From an uncultured Bacteroidales bacterium (GTDB lineage Bacteria; Bacteroidota; Bacteroidia; Bacteroidales; DTU049), in NCBI GenBank assembly GCA_964428185.1, contig CAYRXH010000005.1, forward strand, positions 10,772 through 74,771: DNA of 64,000 bases, in the 5' to 3' direction. Positions 1 through 15,000 of this stretch are shown here, in pieces. The notes beneath the pieces were generated by a model. The model ran no database searches. It was not told where the DNA came from and worked only from the letters and a program-made list of their open reading frames with translations. The first letter of the stretch is position 1, and each line of letters starts with the position of its first letter. Both the position numbers and the translations under genes were made by a program.

Positions 1-3000
1 TATTCAAAATTCTGGCGATAAAATAAAGAATATATATGATGTTGATCCTGCAACATTAAAAAGATATGATATTGATGAAGGTAAAGTAGGAGAAATTCAG
101 CAAAAGGCAAGTTCTGCTTGGAATATGGCAGGATTTTTTAATTATCATAATAGTCATTCTAATAATGTTCAAGAAACCCCAACAGCAAGAAAAATTGCTA
201 GTGCTACTGGACATAAATTTAATTATGGAGATTATGTTTCTACTGACATATATATGACTGATACACCTGGTATGTTGTTTGGCATGAGATATATGACTGA
301 TGAAGAATTAGCAGAGTTAAGGGATACTAAGTGGAATAAAGAATTGATAAAAAAATATGGTAAAGATTTAGTGAATTATTCGGCAGATGGTGCTGGTGAA
401 ATTGTAACAGTTAATGGTGAAACGCTTTTGTTATGGAAATCATTAACGTATGATGAAAATGGTATGCCACATTGGGAATGGGTGGATTTAAATAATTCTC
501 AAATACAAGGTCGTTTAAGACCTATATATGGACCAACTCCAATGTCAAGAACAGGATTTGGGGCATTTTCTAAAGGTTTATTTAATGTTATTGCTCAAGT
601 ACCTTCTATAGTTGGTTCAGCTATGGAGCAAATAGAAAATGCTATACTGTTAGGAGTTGATGAATTTATTGATTTGAACCCTAATGAATATTATATTGAA
701 AGTGTCGATGATAAAAGACCTTCTTATCTTTTACAAAATTTATCAGGAATGTTTATGTTCCATAATAGTTACAGAGGACAGCTTGATAGTTCATTTGGTA
801 GTGAGGGGTTTATGTTTAGTGCTGGAAATGTGATTGGTCAAGTTGCAGTTATGATAGCGTTATCAGCATTTTTAACTCCTGCGGCTGGATATTTATATGC
901 TGGTTTGAGTGCTGGCGATTCATTTAATCAAGTAGCAAAAGAAAGTAATGTTCCTGTTGATCAAAGACTTGCTATGTATGCTGGTAGTGTGATAACAGCT
1001 TTAGCTGTTGAAAGATTTGGTAGAATGATTGGATTAAGTCCTTTTGAACAATTTGGAGTAAGATCTGGCGTGTATAAAGGAATTACACAATATGCAAAAG
1101 AAATGGCGGAAAAGAGAACGGGAATTACAATACAACGAATGTATGAGGCATCTTTGAAGGATAAGAAGATATGGCAAAAATTATATATGAAAAATTTTTA
1201 CAAGCAAACATTTTCAAAATATGCCATGTATAATGCAATGGGTTCAGTGGAGGCGACATTAAGGCAATCAACTGGAGAAGGATTAGAAGAAGTTATGCAA
1301 CTTCCGCTTGATAATTTAATGTATGCTGTTCATGATTATGTAAATCAAGAAGAAATATTATATAGTCAAATAGCAGATGTAGAAGAAAGTAAGAGAAAAT
1401 TTTTATTGGATTATGATTATCGTGACAGTATGCTTAGAAATTATGTAAGAAATACATTTACATTAGGAAACATGTCATCACACTTTATACTAGGTTTTAT
1501 AGGTGGTTTAGGTGGTAGTTCAGTTGGTATGGCAATTAGAAAGTTGTCAAAAGACCCTAGCATAAAGAATCATAGGGAAATGAATTTGCTTACATTATAT
1601 ATGATATCTAAAGGCAATATAGAAAAGATAGAGAAAGCGGCTAAAGAATTATATTTAGGAAAAAAAGGAGGAAAAGCTCCATTATCTTTTACTCATACAG
1701 ATGGAACTACGCCAGTTAATATAGGAGATAAAAGTTTAAATGAAATAGCATATGAAGCATTTTTACAAGATATTAAATCTGTAAAACATATAATTGAAGA
1801 ATTAAAATTAAATTCTTTTAATATTAATGGGTCAATGGCTAGAGATAAAGAATTTTTACATGACGTATTAAATTTAAGTAATGAATACTTTATAGCTAAG
1901 ACCAAAGTAGAAAAGTTAAATGAAGAAATAGCAATATTACGTAATGAAAAAGGAAATGAAAGTACTATACAGTCTAAGGAAAAGGAGCTTGCAGATGCTA
2001 CTGCAAATATGAACGATGTTAAATCTAAAATACATGAATATACAACACCTGAATCAAACAGAAAACCATTTAGTAAACAAGCAAATGATAGAATAAGGGC
2101 ATATGCTTATGCAGAAGAAATATCTAAACAACAGTTAAAACAATTACGTGATAATCATGAGAAACTGTTAAAAGAAAAAAAGATAAAACCAGGAAGCAAA
2201 AAAGAGAAAGAGTTATTGCATAATATTGCATTAGAGGTTATGCAAAGTATGCCTAAATATAATGAAGTAAAGAAAACATGGACTAGTGTTGGTGAAAATT
2301 TTAATAAAGATGTATTAGAAGACCATAATAATAGTGTTAATGAGTTAGTATCAATATTTGATTCAATTGAGATTAGTATTTCTGAAGCACTTAAAAAAGC
2401 AGATCCTAGTGTTAATCTTAGTGGTGTACGTTTATCATCTATTATTGAACAAGGTAATATGTTACTATCAAGGATAGCAGAAAGAAAATATATTGATTTA
2501 CATAAGCAATTAGCAGCATCAGAAGGAATGGAATATGTTGTTGATCCAGATTTAGATGTAAGTGATTTAACATATGAAGCAGCACTTGAATTAAGAAATA
2601 ATATAAATAAAACATTTAGCGATAAAGGATTAAGATATTCTAATAAAGATGATGCAAATATTGATTTAATAAATATATTAGAATTGTATGCAGGTAAAGG
2701 AGGACTTGTTATTGATGGAAGTACTCAAAATGGACAGATATTGTTGGATTTATTAAGTAGAAATGGTTTTGAGTTTAATAGGATTTCAAAAGAAATAGAT
2801 AGTGGCAAATTGCCTGGTATAGAGAAAAATATTAATCATGTAGATAGCAATATTAGCATATCTAGTCCTGGTAAAGAAGGAAATAAATTGAATTTTTATG
2901 TTGCAGATTCATCCAAAATGTCCATTGAGGAAATATTATATTTACGTGGATTAATGATATACAATAACGTAAGAAATAATATTTTGGATGAAAATGGAAA

Positions 3001-6000
3001 TGTGAAAAAGGTAGATGTAGATATTGAGGCTAATATGATTGCATTAGATAATGTGATAGATGCATTAGCATTAATAAAAGCTAGGAGAGTATTTGATAGT
3101 GCGATGGGCAAGGTTAAAGAAAATGTACTTGATTTTCGTCAGGATAAAGATGGAGAAAGAATATATGATGAAGATGTACTTACTAATGATGATAAGATAG
3201 CAAATGAAGCTATAAAAGAAGAAATAGAAGTTTTAGAAAATGATGTTAATAAACTTATAGAACAATTAAAAGAAACAGATGTATATAAAAATTCTATAGC
3301 TGAAATTATTGCTTCATCAGAAGCTAAGAGAAAATTAGGTTTTTGGATAACAGCATTAACAGATGGTAATGAACCTTTGACAGCTGGTGTTCAGTTGTTA
3401 AAAAAAGCAAAGATTGGCAATATTGAATATTTGATAAAAGAGCTTATTGGGTTTAATAAGAAACTCATTAGAGAAGAAAATGAACTTAGAGAAAATGGAT
3501 ATAATACAGATAAAATGTCTCAAAGAAATAGAGTATTAATTAATAGTGCTATTGAAGTATTAGAAAGAGCAATATTTAAAGCGTACACAGATGTTGAAAA
3601 TCCTGGTGCAAAAGAATATATTAAAGAATGGATTAAGTTGCAGATGGATATCTATTTTACCCCAGTGATGAATGATAGTAATTCAAAGAATGTTTATTTC
3701 CTTAATTATTTTAGAAATCATATGGCGTATAATATAGTGGACCCATTACATCAAGGAGTGTCAAGTATAAAAGACGCATTTACTGAAGGTAAAAAAGCAC
3801 AAAACTATAATCCATCATATCATTGGATGGTTAATTATTTGCACACTATGATTAATAGTGATATGAGTTTACTTAAAAATAATATAACTTCAGCAATAGA
3901 AAATTTAAATACATATATTCCTTCACTTGAACAACAGTTAGTACAGATTTATATACAATCTGTTTTACAAAAAAAATATATTGATGACTTTGTTATTCAA
4001 TATGATATGGGAAAATATAAGCAAGCTATAGGAATGGTAGATGAGAATGGAGAAGTTGTAACTATAGAAAAAGCTAAGGAAATATATGCAAAGATGCAAG
4101 ATGGAAACTTAAAAACGGAGTATGCAAAGGTTATAGCAAAATATGAATCATCAATGTATCCTAAGTTTGAAAACGATGATACTATGTTTATGAATCATGG
4201 TGTAACATTAGTAGGAAATGCAGGAACTGGTAAAACAGAGATGACAGGATTAAGTGCGTTGATATATGCAATTAATAATGGGTTAAGTCATGTAAAATTA
4301 TCTGTTGTAGCGTCTGATATAGATTTGATAGAAAAGATTACAAATTCTATTAATAGAGTATTTGGAGAATATAATAAAAATAGTGAACAAAAAATAACAT
4401 TTGAAGTTAAAAAATCTTTATTGCAAGATGTATTATCTAAAGATGGTAATTCTGATGATAATTCATACATTATTAATTCATCTGATTTGGTTATTTTAGA
4501 TGAAGCAGGAAGATTGGATGATCAAATGTTGAAAAAAATAAGAAAATTACATAAAGCATCAAATATTAATAAACATACTGGATTTTTATTTTTAGGAGAT
4601 AATCAACAGATACAAGTGCATCCAAAAGATATGTCTGCTCAAGCATCAGGGATGAATGTAGCTATGCAAACAATTCATACTATGCCATTACAATATTCGT
4701 TTAGGAGTGGTAATACTATAATAAGTGAACTGAACAGGTGGTGGGGTGAAAGAGTATTTTCTTCACAATGGGTTGGTAATCTTGTTCCTACGCCTCCTAC
4801 AATGTATTATGAGGAATCATCTGATGGTATAAGAGATGGTGGTAAATATTATTCTTCAATAGATGAAATTGTAGAAGATTATATAAAAAGAAGAAAAGCG
4901 ATTGGTGAAAAAGCAATAATTGTATTTGAAACACAAGAAGCATTTGATGAGTATAGGAAAAAACATCCAGGTGTATTTAGTAATGATATAAGCGGAGTAA
5001 GGGTACTATATAATAATTTGCTTAGCACTGACCCTAATTTGTTACGTTCTATTCAGGGAGGAGAAGTTTCAGAAGTATATGTAGCAATAGAACCTGCAGA
5101 TACTCGTAATAGATTAGTGCCTGTTGATAAGACTGTATATCCAATGATGATGACAACTGCAACATCTAGGGCAATGAGATTTGTTGGTTCAATCATGGAT
5201 AATGCTAAATCATTAAATAAAAAAACAGATAAATCTTTTAAGATATACGAAAAACCTACTTCAGATAAAATTAAAGAAATAGCAGAAGCTAATAAAGAAT
5301 TAATAAGATTAGAAAATAAAAATGAGTTTCCAGACCTTCATCGTATAGTATTTTATAGTAGATATAATTATTTGTATGAAGACGAAGGAAAAGAGGAAGA
5401 CGAAGGAAAAGAGGAAGACGAAGGAAAAGAGGAAGACGAAGGAAAAGAGGAAGACAAAGGAAAAGAGAAAGACAAAGGAAAAGAGAAAGACAAAGGAAAA
5501 AAGGAAGGCGAAGGAAAAGGGAAAAGAAAATCTACAAATAAAAAAACAAAGAAAGAAAATAAAAAGAATTTTATTTTTCAAGAATCAGGATATAAAGCAA
5601 TGGCATATATTAATGGAGAATCAGTATCTGTTACTGTATTATTCCATTATATGGAAGGAGATGTGGAAAAGGTAATGACAGCAGAGCATGGTCCTTTATT
5701 AATTGATAATTTAATTGAAAAAAATCCAATAACAGAAGAAGCATATAGATCAGATACATATGTTAGTAGAGATAATTATAATTATGCAATAACGCCAGGA
5801 GTAGTATCAGAATCTGATTGGAATAAGGTATCATCAAAAAATAAACTTGTATTAGGCAAAATAAAGGCTATTAAGACAAAATTATTACAGGGTGCATATG
5901 ATGGGTCACTTTTAAAAGATTCTTCGTCTAAAGTCATTAAAATAATATATTCAAATATTCCCGAAAATTATGTAAATGCTGTTAGTCATGAATATAAAAA

Positions 6001-9000
6001 AGATGTTGAGGTTAAAACTGTTGGTTTCTATAATCAAATAAAGATTATGGTTAATATTAATATGCTAAATATTCAGAATGAAGAAGAATATAATTTAATT
6101 AATTCAATGGCGGATTCTGAAGGATGGGTTCAAGTAGGAAATGTTTATACATTTAACAATGGTTCATCAGATATATCAGATACTGCTGTTATTGAAAAAA
6201 TGAAATCTGAATATAAGTCATCTTATGTTTCTTCATCAAATACATCTATAGATAAACAATTAGATGGTGTTTATAGGATGGCAAATTATTTTAAAGGAGG
6301 AAAAACATATACATCTGAAGAATTTAAAGATATATTGGGAGATGATCATGTACATATGACACATCATATGGCTTCGTCAGGTATTGTACCAGTCGATGCA
6401 TTAGATATAGATTCAGCAATGAATCCAAGTATGAGTGAAGACAAGAAGATTATTATTACATTTTTGTCGAAAAATAAATTTGGGAGCGATATAGTAGCAA
6501 TTGCAAACACAATTAATTTGAAAGACAAAACAGAAATGGATCATAATTATTTAACTGTACTAAAAGAAGATATCGAAATATTAAAACAGTTAAAATCTGG
6601 CGTAATAACAGATGAAGAATATAAAAAACTTTCAGACAATATAGCATTGCGAATGATGTATATTGCCGCTAATAGGTCTGCTGTTGGTATGACAACGCAA
6701 TTTAATGCAAAATTGAGATTAGATGATGTAACAACATTATCTTACATAAAAGAATATATAGAAAGGCTTGAAGACTTTTTAAAAGATAGTAATAATCATG
6801 AACAATTATATGTTCCTGCATGGGATAAAGGTGAAATAAAATTTAATAATTTATATACAAGAGTGTTTGGTATAACAAATAATATGTTTATAGATGTAAA
6901 TAAATTAGGAGATATGCCAAAACCAAAAGATAGTGGTTCAAGATTAGAAAGTGCTGATTCAAGTTTAAGAGATACTGGTATAGATACAAAAGATACTGAT
7001 TTAGATACAAAACCAAAAGAACCATCTATTGATAAAAGTACAGAATCATTGAAAAAGAAAACAAGGGCATTCATGGAGAGAGATAATTCTGAAGTGGAGT
7101 GGGTTGATATTACAAATGAAATTATTGATTTAGCTGTTTCACAAATAGGTCAAAGTGAATTTGATAATATTGTATGGAATACAGATAAATTTAGAAAGGG
7201 AGTTGTTGGTGCTATATCTAATGCTAAAATGCATATTAAAATGCATAATGGAAAAATTGCAAAAGGTGTTATTCAACATGAGATATTTCATTTAATATTT
7301 AGATATGGTATAACTAATGAATCAAGAGTTAGAGTTATTGAACAATATAAAAGCAACCAAATTGCAAAAGGTAATTATTCTGTAGAAAATAAAACTTACG
7401 ATGATATAGAAGAAATGATGGCAAATGAATTTATGGCGATGGAAACAGAACCTGAGCCTACTTCATTATGGGGAAAACTCGTAAGATTTATGAGAAGATT
7501 GGTAGATCGTTTTATGGCATTTTTTACTGACCAAACTAAAGTATCTTCTTATGATTCCTTAGTAAAATATATTCAAAAAGGGTATTATGCAAATAAAATA
7601 AATGTTGATCGTTCAATTGTTTATGGTGATGCATATATGGAAGAAATAGACAATTCAGAAAACTATGAAGAATATGATAATAGCGAAGATCAATTAAATA
7701 ATGAAGAATTATTAGAAGTATATGAAATGTTTAAAGACAATACTTCTAAAGTAATGATAAGTAAGTTCGCAAAAAATGCTATATTAAATGGTACAATATA
7801 TGGACAAGGTGATGGTTCTAATGTTCATATATCAATAGAAGATTCTATAAATGAACTAAAGCAAGAAATAAAAAATACGTTAAAAAATTCTAATGAAAAT
7901 ACATTTAAAATTAGAAATCCAGAAACAGGGCAGATATATGATATAAGAACTATGTCGCCAACAGAATATAAAAGAATTGTTCCAGAACATTTAAGAGATT
8001 ATGATTTGTATTTTTATGGATTATTTTATGGATTAAGTGATAAAAAACTAGATAACAGGATTAATGCGTTTGTTAAAACATTATTTCCTAATGCCAAGAC
8101 AAAACAAGATTATAATATATTGTTTAGAGAATCTAATTTGAAGCCTGCCATAGAAACAATGTCAAATCCTATACGAGATTTGTTGTCAGGACTTGTTGTT
8201 GAAATGTTTACATATAAAGAGGTAAGAAAGAATACATATTTAGATACAGATAGTGGTTCTAAATTATATTCTAATCTTCCATATATAAATAACAATGCTA
8301 TTTATAAGATTGCAGGTATTATTTCTGAAGCTGTAGCGTTAGGTAGGATTAAAACTACAAATATTGAAGAAGGATTAATTCAGATGGCTAAGGAAATAGA
8401 AAATGCTGCGTTATCAGAAGTTAAAGTTAAAGGTGCTTCTCATTATAATTTTATGGCAGATCAATTGATGACTGTTGCTAAATATTTGTATAATGAAGCA
8501 GACATAAATAATTCTAACCCAACATCTATATGGGGTAGAATGAAAAAAACTGATAATAAATTAGTAAAATCTCATTTAGAAATGTTTGTGGTGGCGTTTA
8601 AGGTTCAAATGCAGTCTATCACAAGAAGAAATGTTGCTTTAATAAATACTAGAACTGGTATAAGATTTAAAGATAGTTCAGAGCTTGGTATATATAAATC
8701 TAATAAAAAGAATTCTATTATTAAAAAAATATATGATAATGGTTCAACATATACAGAAAAGGCTATACAATTATTTAGTAGAACAAGTTTAACACAAAAA
8801 TATCATGTCAGGAAAGATGGAGAAGGTGTATCAATTTATGGAAGAACTACTGATGGGGAACTACCATTAGTAACATTTAAAACTACATATAATGGTGTGG
8901 TGTTGGCAGAATATAATAAAGATATTCAACCTTCATTTATGGCACATTATTTTTCTGAAATATTAAATAGTATAGGGTTTTGGACAAGGACAACTGAAAT

Positions 9001-12000
9001 GTTGGATATTTTGGAAAATTATGTTAAGTATTCGGGTGCTATAGGTAATGTAATGCATAACAGTAGCGGTCGATTTTTGCCAGTTACTGTTGCAGGTTTT
9101 TTAACATCTGTGCAATTAGGTACTCAAGGACAATACATAAAAAATCTTATTAGTAAGATTAATAAGACTACTGCAGGACATCCTGTTAGAGATGGGGGTA
9201 TTGGACAAGCAATAGATTTTGTTTCTGATTTATGGATTCCTGTGTTTAGAAGTAGAGACCCAAAAAATATAAGTAATGGTTTACAAAAGAAAATAGATGA
9301 TTTAATAGGTGTTCTTAAATATAATGATATATATTCAAAAGAACTTGAAGAAAAAATAACACCTGTACTTAATTCAATTAAGGAAATATCTCAGTTTTAT
9401 AGAGAATTAATTGAACAATTTAGAGGTTCAAAAAATTTAACCTCTGATATAGATATAATGAATGTTCCTGAAGAAGATATTAATGTTGAAGAACAAAGAA
9501 ATAATATTACTCCATCTCCTTTGAATTTTGATATTACTTTTAATGTTCTATATGAAGTTTCACATGAGATGAAAATGTCACATAACAAGAATTACAGAAT
9601 TGATGGTACTGTTGATGCATATAATGTTCAAAGTGGTAATTCAGCAAAAGTTGTAAAGCAATTTGTAGGAAGTAGGGCACTTCCAAAAAAATATTCAAGA
9701 TTAAGAAAAGCAAAAGCAGAAGTTCGATATGCTTCAGAAAATAGAAATAGAGCATTAACTATGTTATTTAATCCTCTATTTCCTAGTGATAATGATGATC
9801 CACTGATTGATGTATATCAAATGGCGCATGTAACAGATTATGTAGAATATGGAAGGGGTGTTACTGATATGGAGCCAGGAGATGCTTTAATGGCAGAATT
9901 AACAGCTGTTATTACAGGATTAAAAAAAGATGATGCTATTATAGGTAAAAGTGTGTTTGGAGATAATAATCATCTATTTTTATATGAAGTTGAAGGTAAT
10001 ATGAAATATTATCTCCTTCAAGCATTAGCAGAGACTACTAGCGGAAAACCAATAAATTTAAATGAGAATGTATCATTAAATAATCCTATGAAATATACAT
10101 TGAAATTGTTAAAAAACGCTTTTATGTCATGCCATGTATCTCATGTCAATAGTGTTTTAAATTTATTGGATTCAATGAAGTCATTGCTTGTTAAGACCAA
10201 TATAGAAAGTTCAGCCAAAGGAGAACAAGATTACCTTATTGAGTTAGGTCTTGTAACAGGTCTTATTGAATATGTAGGAAAATTTGCGGTTTATAGTAAG
10301 AATCTTGAAGAAACAGCACACGAATATCATTTCAAGGATGTTATACTGAGAATGAATGACATATTAAAAAGACTTGAAACAATTTATGGAGATTCTAAAA
10401 ATACGTATGATAAGTTATTGGAGATGGGAGCAGTGGATGGTAAAGACATAAAATTATCTAATGGTAAATTAATTTTAGGTACAGCAGCTTCATTTAATAC
10501 ACAATCAGTATATAAAGAGAAAGGAGGATTTGAAAGATTTACAGTAGATGATTATGTATATAATGGTGTGAGCATGTATGGAACAGATAAGACAGAATCA
10601 ATAATGAAGTTCAATCCTACTACCATGAAAGAAGCTACAGATAAATTATGGGGGATGTTTGGGGTAGAAATGAATATTTATCAAAATTATATATATAATG
10701 TATTAAAACAGAATAGAACAAACAAAGATGTTAATAAGTTCTTTAGTTCAATAATTGGAACTGATGGTTCAGGAGTTATATTAAGAAAAGGAACAAATGA
10801 AGCTCCTATTTATAATCCTGGTATGTTTTTTTATTATTTGTATTATCATTTTGTTAATCAAGCAATGGATCATGCAATATCAGGGCATGCATTTAATTAT
10901 ACATCTCCAGAAGTAAATTCAATAAGAAAGAAAATGTTTGAAACTCCAGGAGAAAATGCAACTGCATCAGAAACAGGATTAGGAGAAACATATAAAGTAG
11001 CAATATTAAAAGATACAGAAATACCTGTAATGGTAGAAATGTATAATATGGCTGTAGAAGATTCAGAAAAGGTTACTGTTGAAGAAATAGCAACAATAAC
11101 GGATGGTGCTTCAATAGATACAGCAATAGGTAGAATGTTATTATTGAACAGTTTTGGAAATAAATTATCAGGATTAACAGCTACAGCATTAAAGTTTGCT
11201 TATGCAGACTATAATTGGCATACTGATGAAGTTGTTATTAAAAAAGATAGTCAATTATCTATTACACCTGAAGATGTATTACTATCTCCTGAAAAACATC
11301 TTGCATTAGAATATATTGCTTTAGCTCAATTCGATAAGTCGTTGGCAGATAAATTTATTGAAATATATAGTGATAATGTAAATAAAGGAAAAAGAAGGGA
11401 TCATGCATTTGCTGCTGCTGTGGAATATGCATATAATGTTATACAGGATATGCGAAAATCAAATCCAAAAATAATAGAAAATGTTATTGTTTCAATAACA
11501 CATCCTTCTGCTATTAAAATAGGTGCAAGGAATGTTAATAATATTACTTTGGATAATATTTTAGAAGCAAAACAACTAAATACAATTAGTCTTCATACTG
11601 AAAGTTTAAGAATGATTTTTAATCCTGATAGTGAAATTGAGAATAGCAGAGGTGAAGTATTATTTAAACAGGCATATCATTTAGGAAGCGGAGCACTTAA
11701 TCCTGATGATGCATTACAAATGGAAACTGAATTATCTGTGGCTATATTAAAGTCAATGGAAAAATTAGGGATGAATAAAGATGGTAAGTTGGATGAAGCC
11801 AATTTTACTGCAAAATCTATTATGGAAAAAGCATTGTCGAAAACTAGAACAGGGATGGAACAAACTATGACAGTTGGAACTGCAATAGATTTATTAGATG
11901 CCACAAGAAAACGCTTTGACTTGATTCAATTTGCTAATATAAATTCTAAGGTAATACAGTCATTAAGTAAAATGATAACAGAATCATCTGCTAAAATAAG

Positions 12001-15000
12001 GTTTACTGGAACAGGATATAACCAAGTTGTGGATGTTTTATATAAAGTATATGATGTTACCATATTAAACGATGATGGTTATAAAAGTACAATGACTGTT
12101 ACTAAAAATGGACTTGATACTTTAATGCAAAGATATTCAGCAGATAAATTAACTATTTCAAAGCCAAGAGCATTGAAAGAAATGGGAGTGAAAAATGGAA
12201 AAGCAACGAGAGGTGAAGTTATTGCTCAAACAGTTAATATGCATAAATTTGGTATTAGACCTGGCGAACATTACATGGCAGAGCTTATGCTTATGGATGT
12301 AAAAGTGCAGGATAAAGTACTAACAATTAATATTATGGATATTAGCGAAGATGGAATGTATAATGGGGTAAAAATATTTAATGAAAAAGGTAATATTAAA
12401 GATGTTAAAAATGCAACATTATTGGAAACTGAAGGTTCTAAAGAGTTTGCTAATCATCTTGATAAGATAAATAGTTTTAAAAAATCATTAGATTTACAGT
12501 TATATAGAAAGCCAACATCTACATTATCATCTGGTGGTTTATATGTTGTTGTTGAATTTAGGTCTGATAATAGTGCCATAACATCAAGCAAAAAAATTGC
12601 ATGGGATGATTCTGACTTTGATATTGACCGTTTATATGGATATGAATATTCATTGGATGATTATGTACATGATAAAAAAACTGGGGAAAAAGAATATACT
12701 CATGGAGTGCACTTGGACAATGTATTAACAATGATTAACAAAGCATATGATAATTTAGCAGCAAATGGTGATCTAAGAGTTTCCATATCAACAAAACAAT
12801 TAGAAGAACTTGATGTAGTTAAAAATCACAATAAGATTAAAAGTTCCATAAATACTCCACAATCTTCTCATACAATTAGACAGCAAAATTATGAAGGGAA
12901 AAAAGCTATTGATAGATATGCAAATATCTTAACAACAACTGCAATGTTGATAAAAATTGCAAAGATGGGTGATTTATCAAAAAATATTTTACACAATGAA
13001 TCCTATGATGGGATATTTGAACAGGCTTCAAATATAGTAAGAAATTTTTTCAATGTTAGTAACTATAAAGATATTATTCAAAAAGCTATTTTATTACAGG
13101 CAGCAATTGATAATGTTAAACAAGCTATGCTTGGGAAAACGGGATTAAGTCGTCATGCTACCAATGAGATAACAGCTATGCTTTATGGTAATAATTCAAT
13201 GAAAAGAATTGTTAAATTTATGAATCATCCTTTGGTAAGAGAAATATATGACGAAATAGATCGTAATAATAGATTAACAACTAATGGAAGAATAACAACA
13301 ACATTTATGTTATTGGCAAAGAAAGCATATGTTGAATCTGGTGGAAAGAGTTATTTTTTTGAAAAACCTGATAATATTAATGAAATACAAAATAAATTCT
13401 ATAAACTTAAAACACAAGATCAAATATTAGCACAGTATCACAATATGGTTAAAGGAATAGAATCATCAGAGAAATTGAGTGATGAGAAAAAACAACAGGC
13501 TGTTCAAAGAGCTTTTCTTTATTTACAAAATTCATTAGGTCATGAAAAAGAAATAAGAAAATATGTTTATTATATTTTACAGCAATATTCATTGGCTGGT
13601 GAGATATTTAAAAGAATAACATTTTTGACTGATGTAATGGATGGGGTAAAATCAAAATCATATGAAGAAGATAGTCTTATTAGGTTAGTTGAAAATGCCT
13701 TTGGAAAGCCATTTGATTCGATTGATTTTACAGAAGCAGGATTTGGAAAAGAATTATTGAATCATGATGATGAAGTTGTAGATAGATTAGTAAAATGGGA
13801 GGCTGTTAATAATGATATTTATATTAGAATGGAAGATGAAGTAAAGGGAGCTTATTTATTCATGATAGAACACATAAATAAAATTTTTAAGATAGGTAAT
13901 TTGTTTCAGGTTATGCCATTAATGAGAACTCATGCAATGATCCATCAATATAGAAATAGTATTGTATCTGAAACCATACATACTAATTCAAAGCAAATAG
14001 AAGACATAAGACAGAGGATAATGAAAAATTTAGGAATTGGTATATCTACAAATAAATCTCGTTTTTATGCCTTTCAAAATGCTATAAACAGTATGTTTTT
14101 ATCTGAAGCGTTTAATAAGTTTATTGATTCTCATCCAATATTTTCATCTGGCTTTAATATGGAATATTTTGAACTTATAGAAGGTGGAATTAAAGTAAAT
14201 GAAAACAATGAAGGATATAAAAATATAGATTTGAGGTCAGCTATTACAGGTCGTAGTAGATTTATTAAAAGATTTCCATCTTATATTATGAATTTTGCAG
14301 AATATCTTAATGCACTAAATTTTGCCAATCTTGTGCTTTCACGTGATCCTAAAAATCAACGTGCAATAGAAACAAGAGATATGATTATTTCAAATTTAAA
14401 AAATAGTTATTATGTTAAAGATACTACTGCTATAGAAGAATCACTAAAAAAATTTCAAGGAGATAACTTTTTTAATTATGTAACAGTATATGGTGAAAAT
14501 TATAATCAATTGTTGGTAATAAGAGATTCTGTTCAGTTGAGAGAAAGTGTAACTATGTTTATGTCTATACAGGAAATGTTTAGAGCATTACCCGAAGAAA
14601 TAAGAGATATGTTTGCTATATATGAATTAATATTAAATGAAATGAAGATAAAAAAATCTTCATTATATGATGTTATTGGTCCAGATATATTTGAAAAGTT
14701 AGTTCCTTATTTTCCCACAGCACAACAATTTTTAGAAAATGCTTCTTTTGATACTATATTGGAGAACATAGCACTAAGTGATGATATATTATATGCAGAG
14801 TATAATGAAGATAGTGATACTGTCAAATCAAAGCTCCTTGAACGAATGAAATTGACAGATACTAAAAAAACATATATAAAAAATAAAACAGTAAAAAAAT
14901 ACAATAATAAAGATGAGATTGTTAAATTAGTTGGTATAGATGAAGTAACAGATGAAGGAAGATCATTTGAATTTATTGGTATGCCTGTATGGAATGTTGC

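Noticed and set aside
5309-5675. ORF-track entries 5309..5581 (-) and 5376..5675 (+)
   Set aside because: Both are alternative-frame or antisense readings of the 18-bp tandem repeat inside the giant ORF (poly FSF/KEKRKT low complexity). They are artefacts of the repeat.
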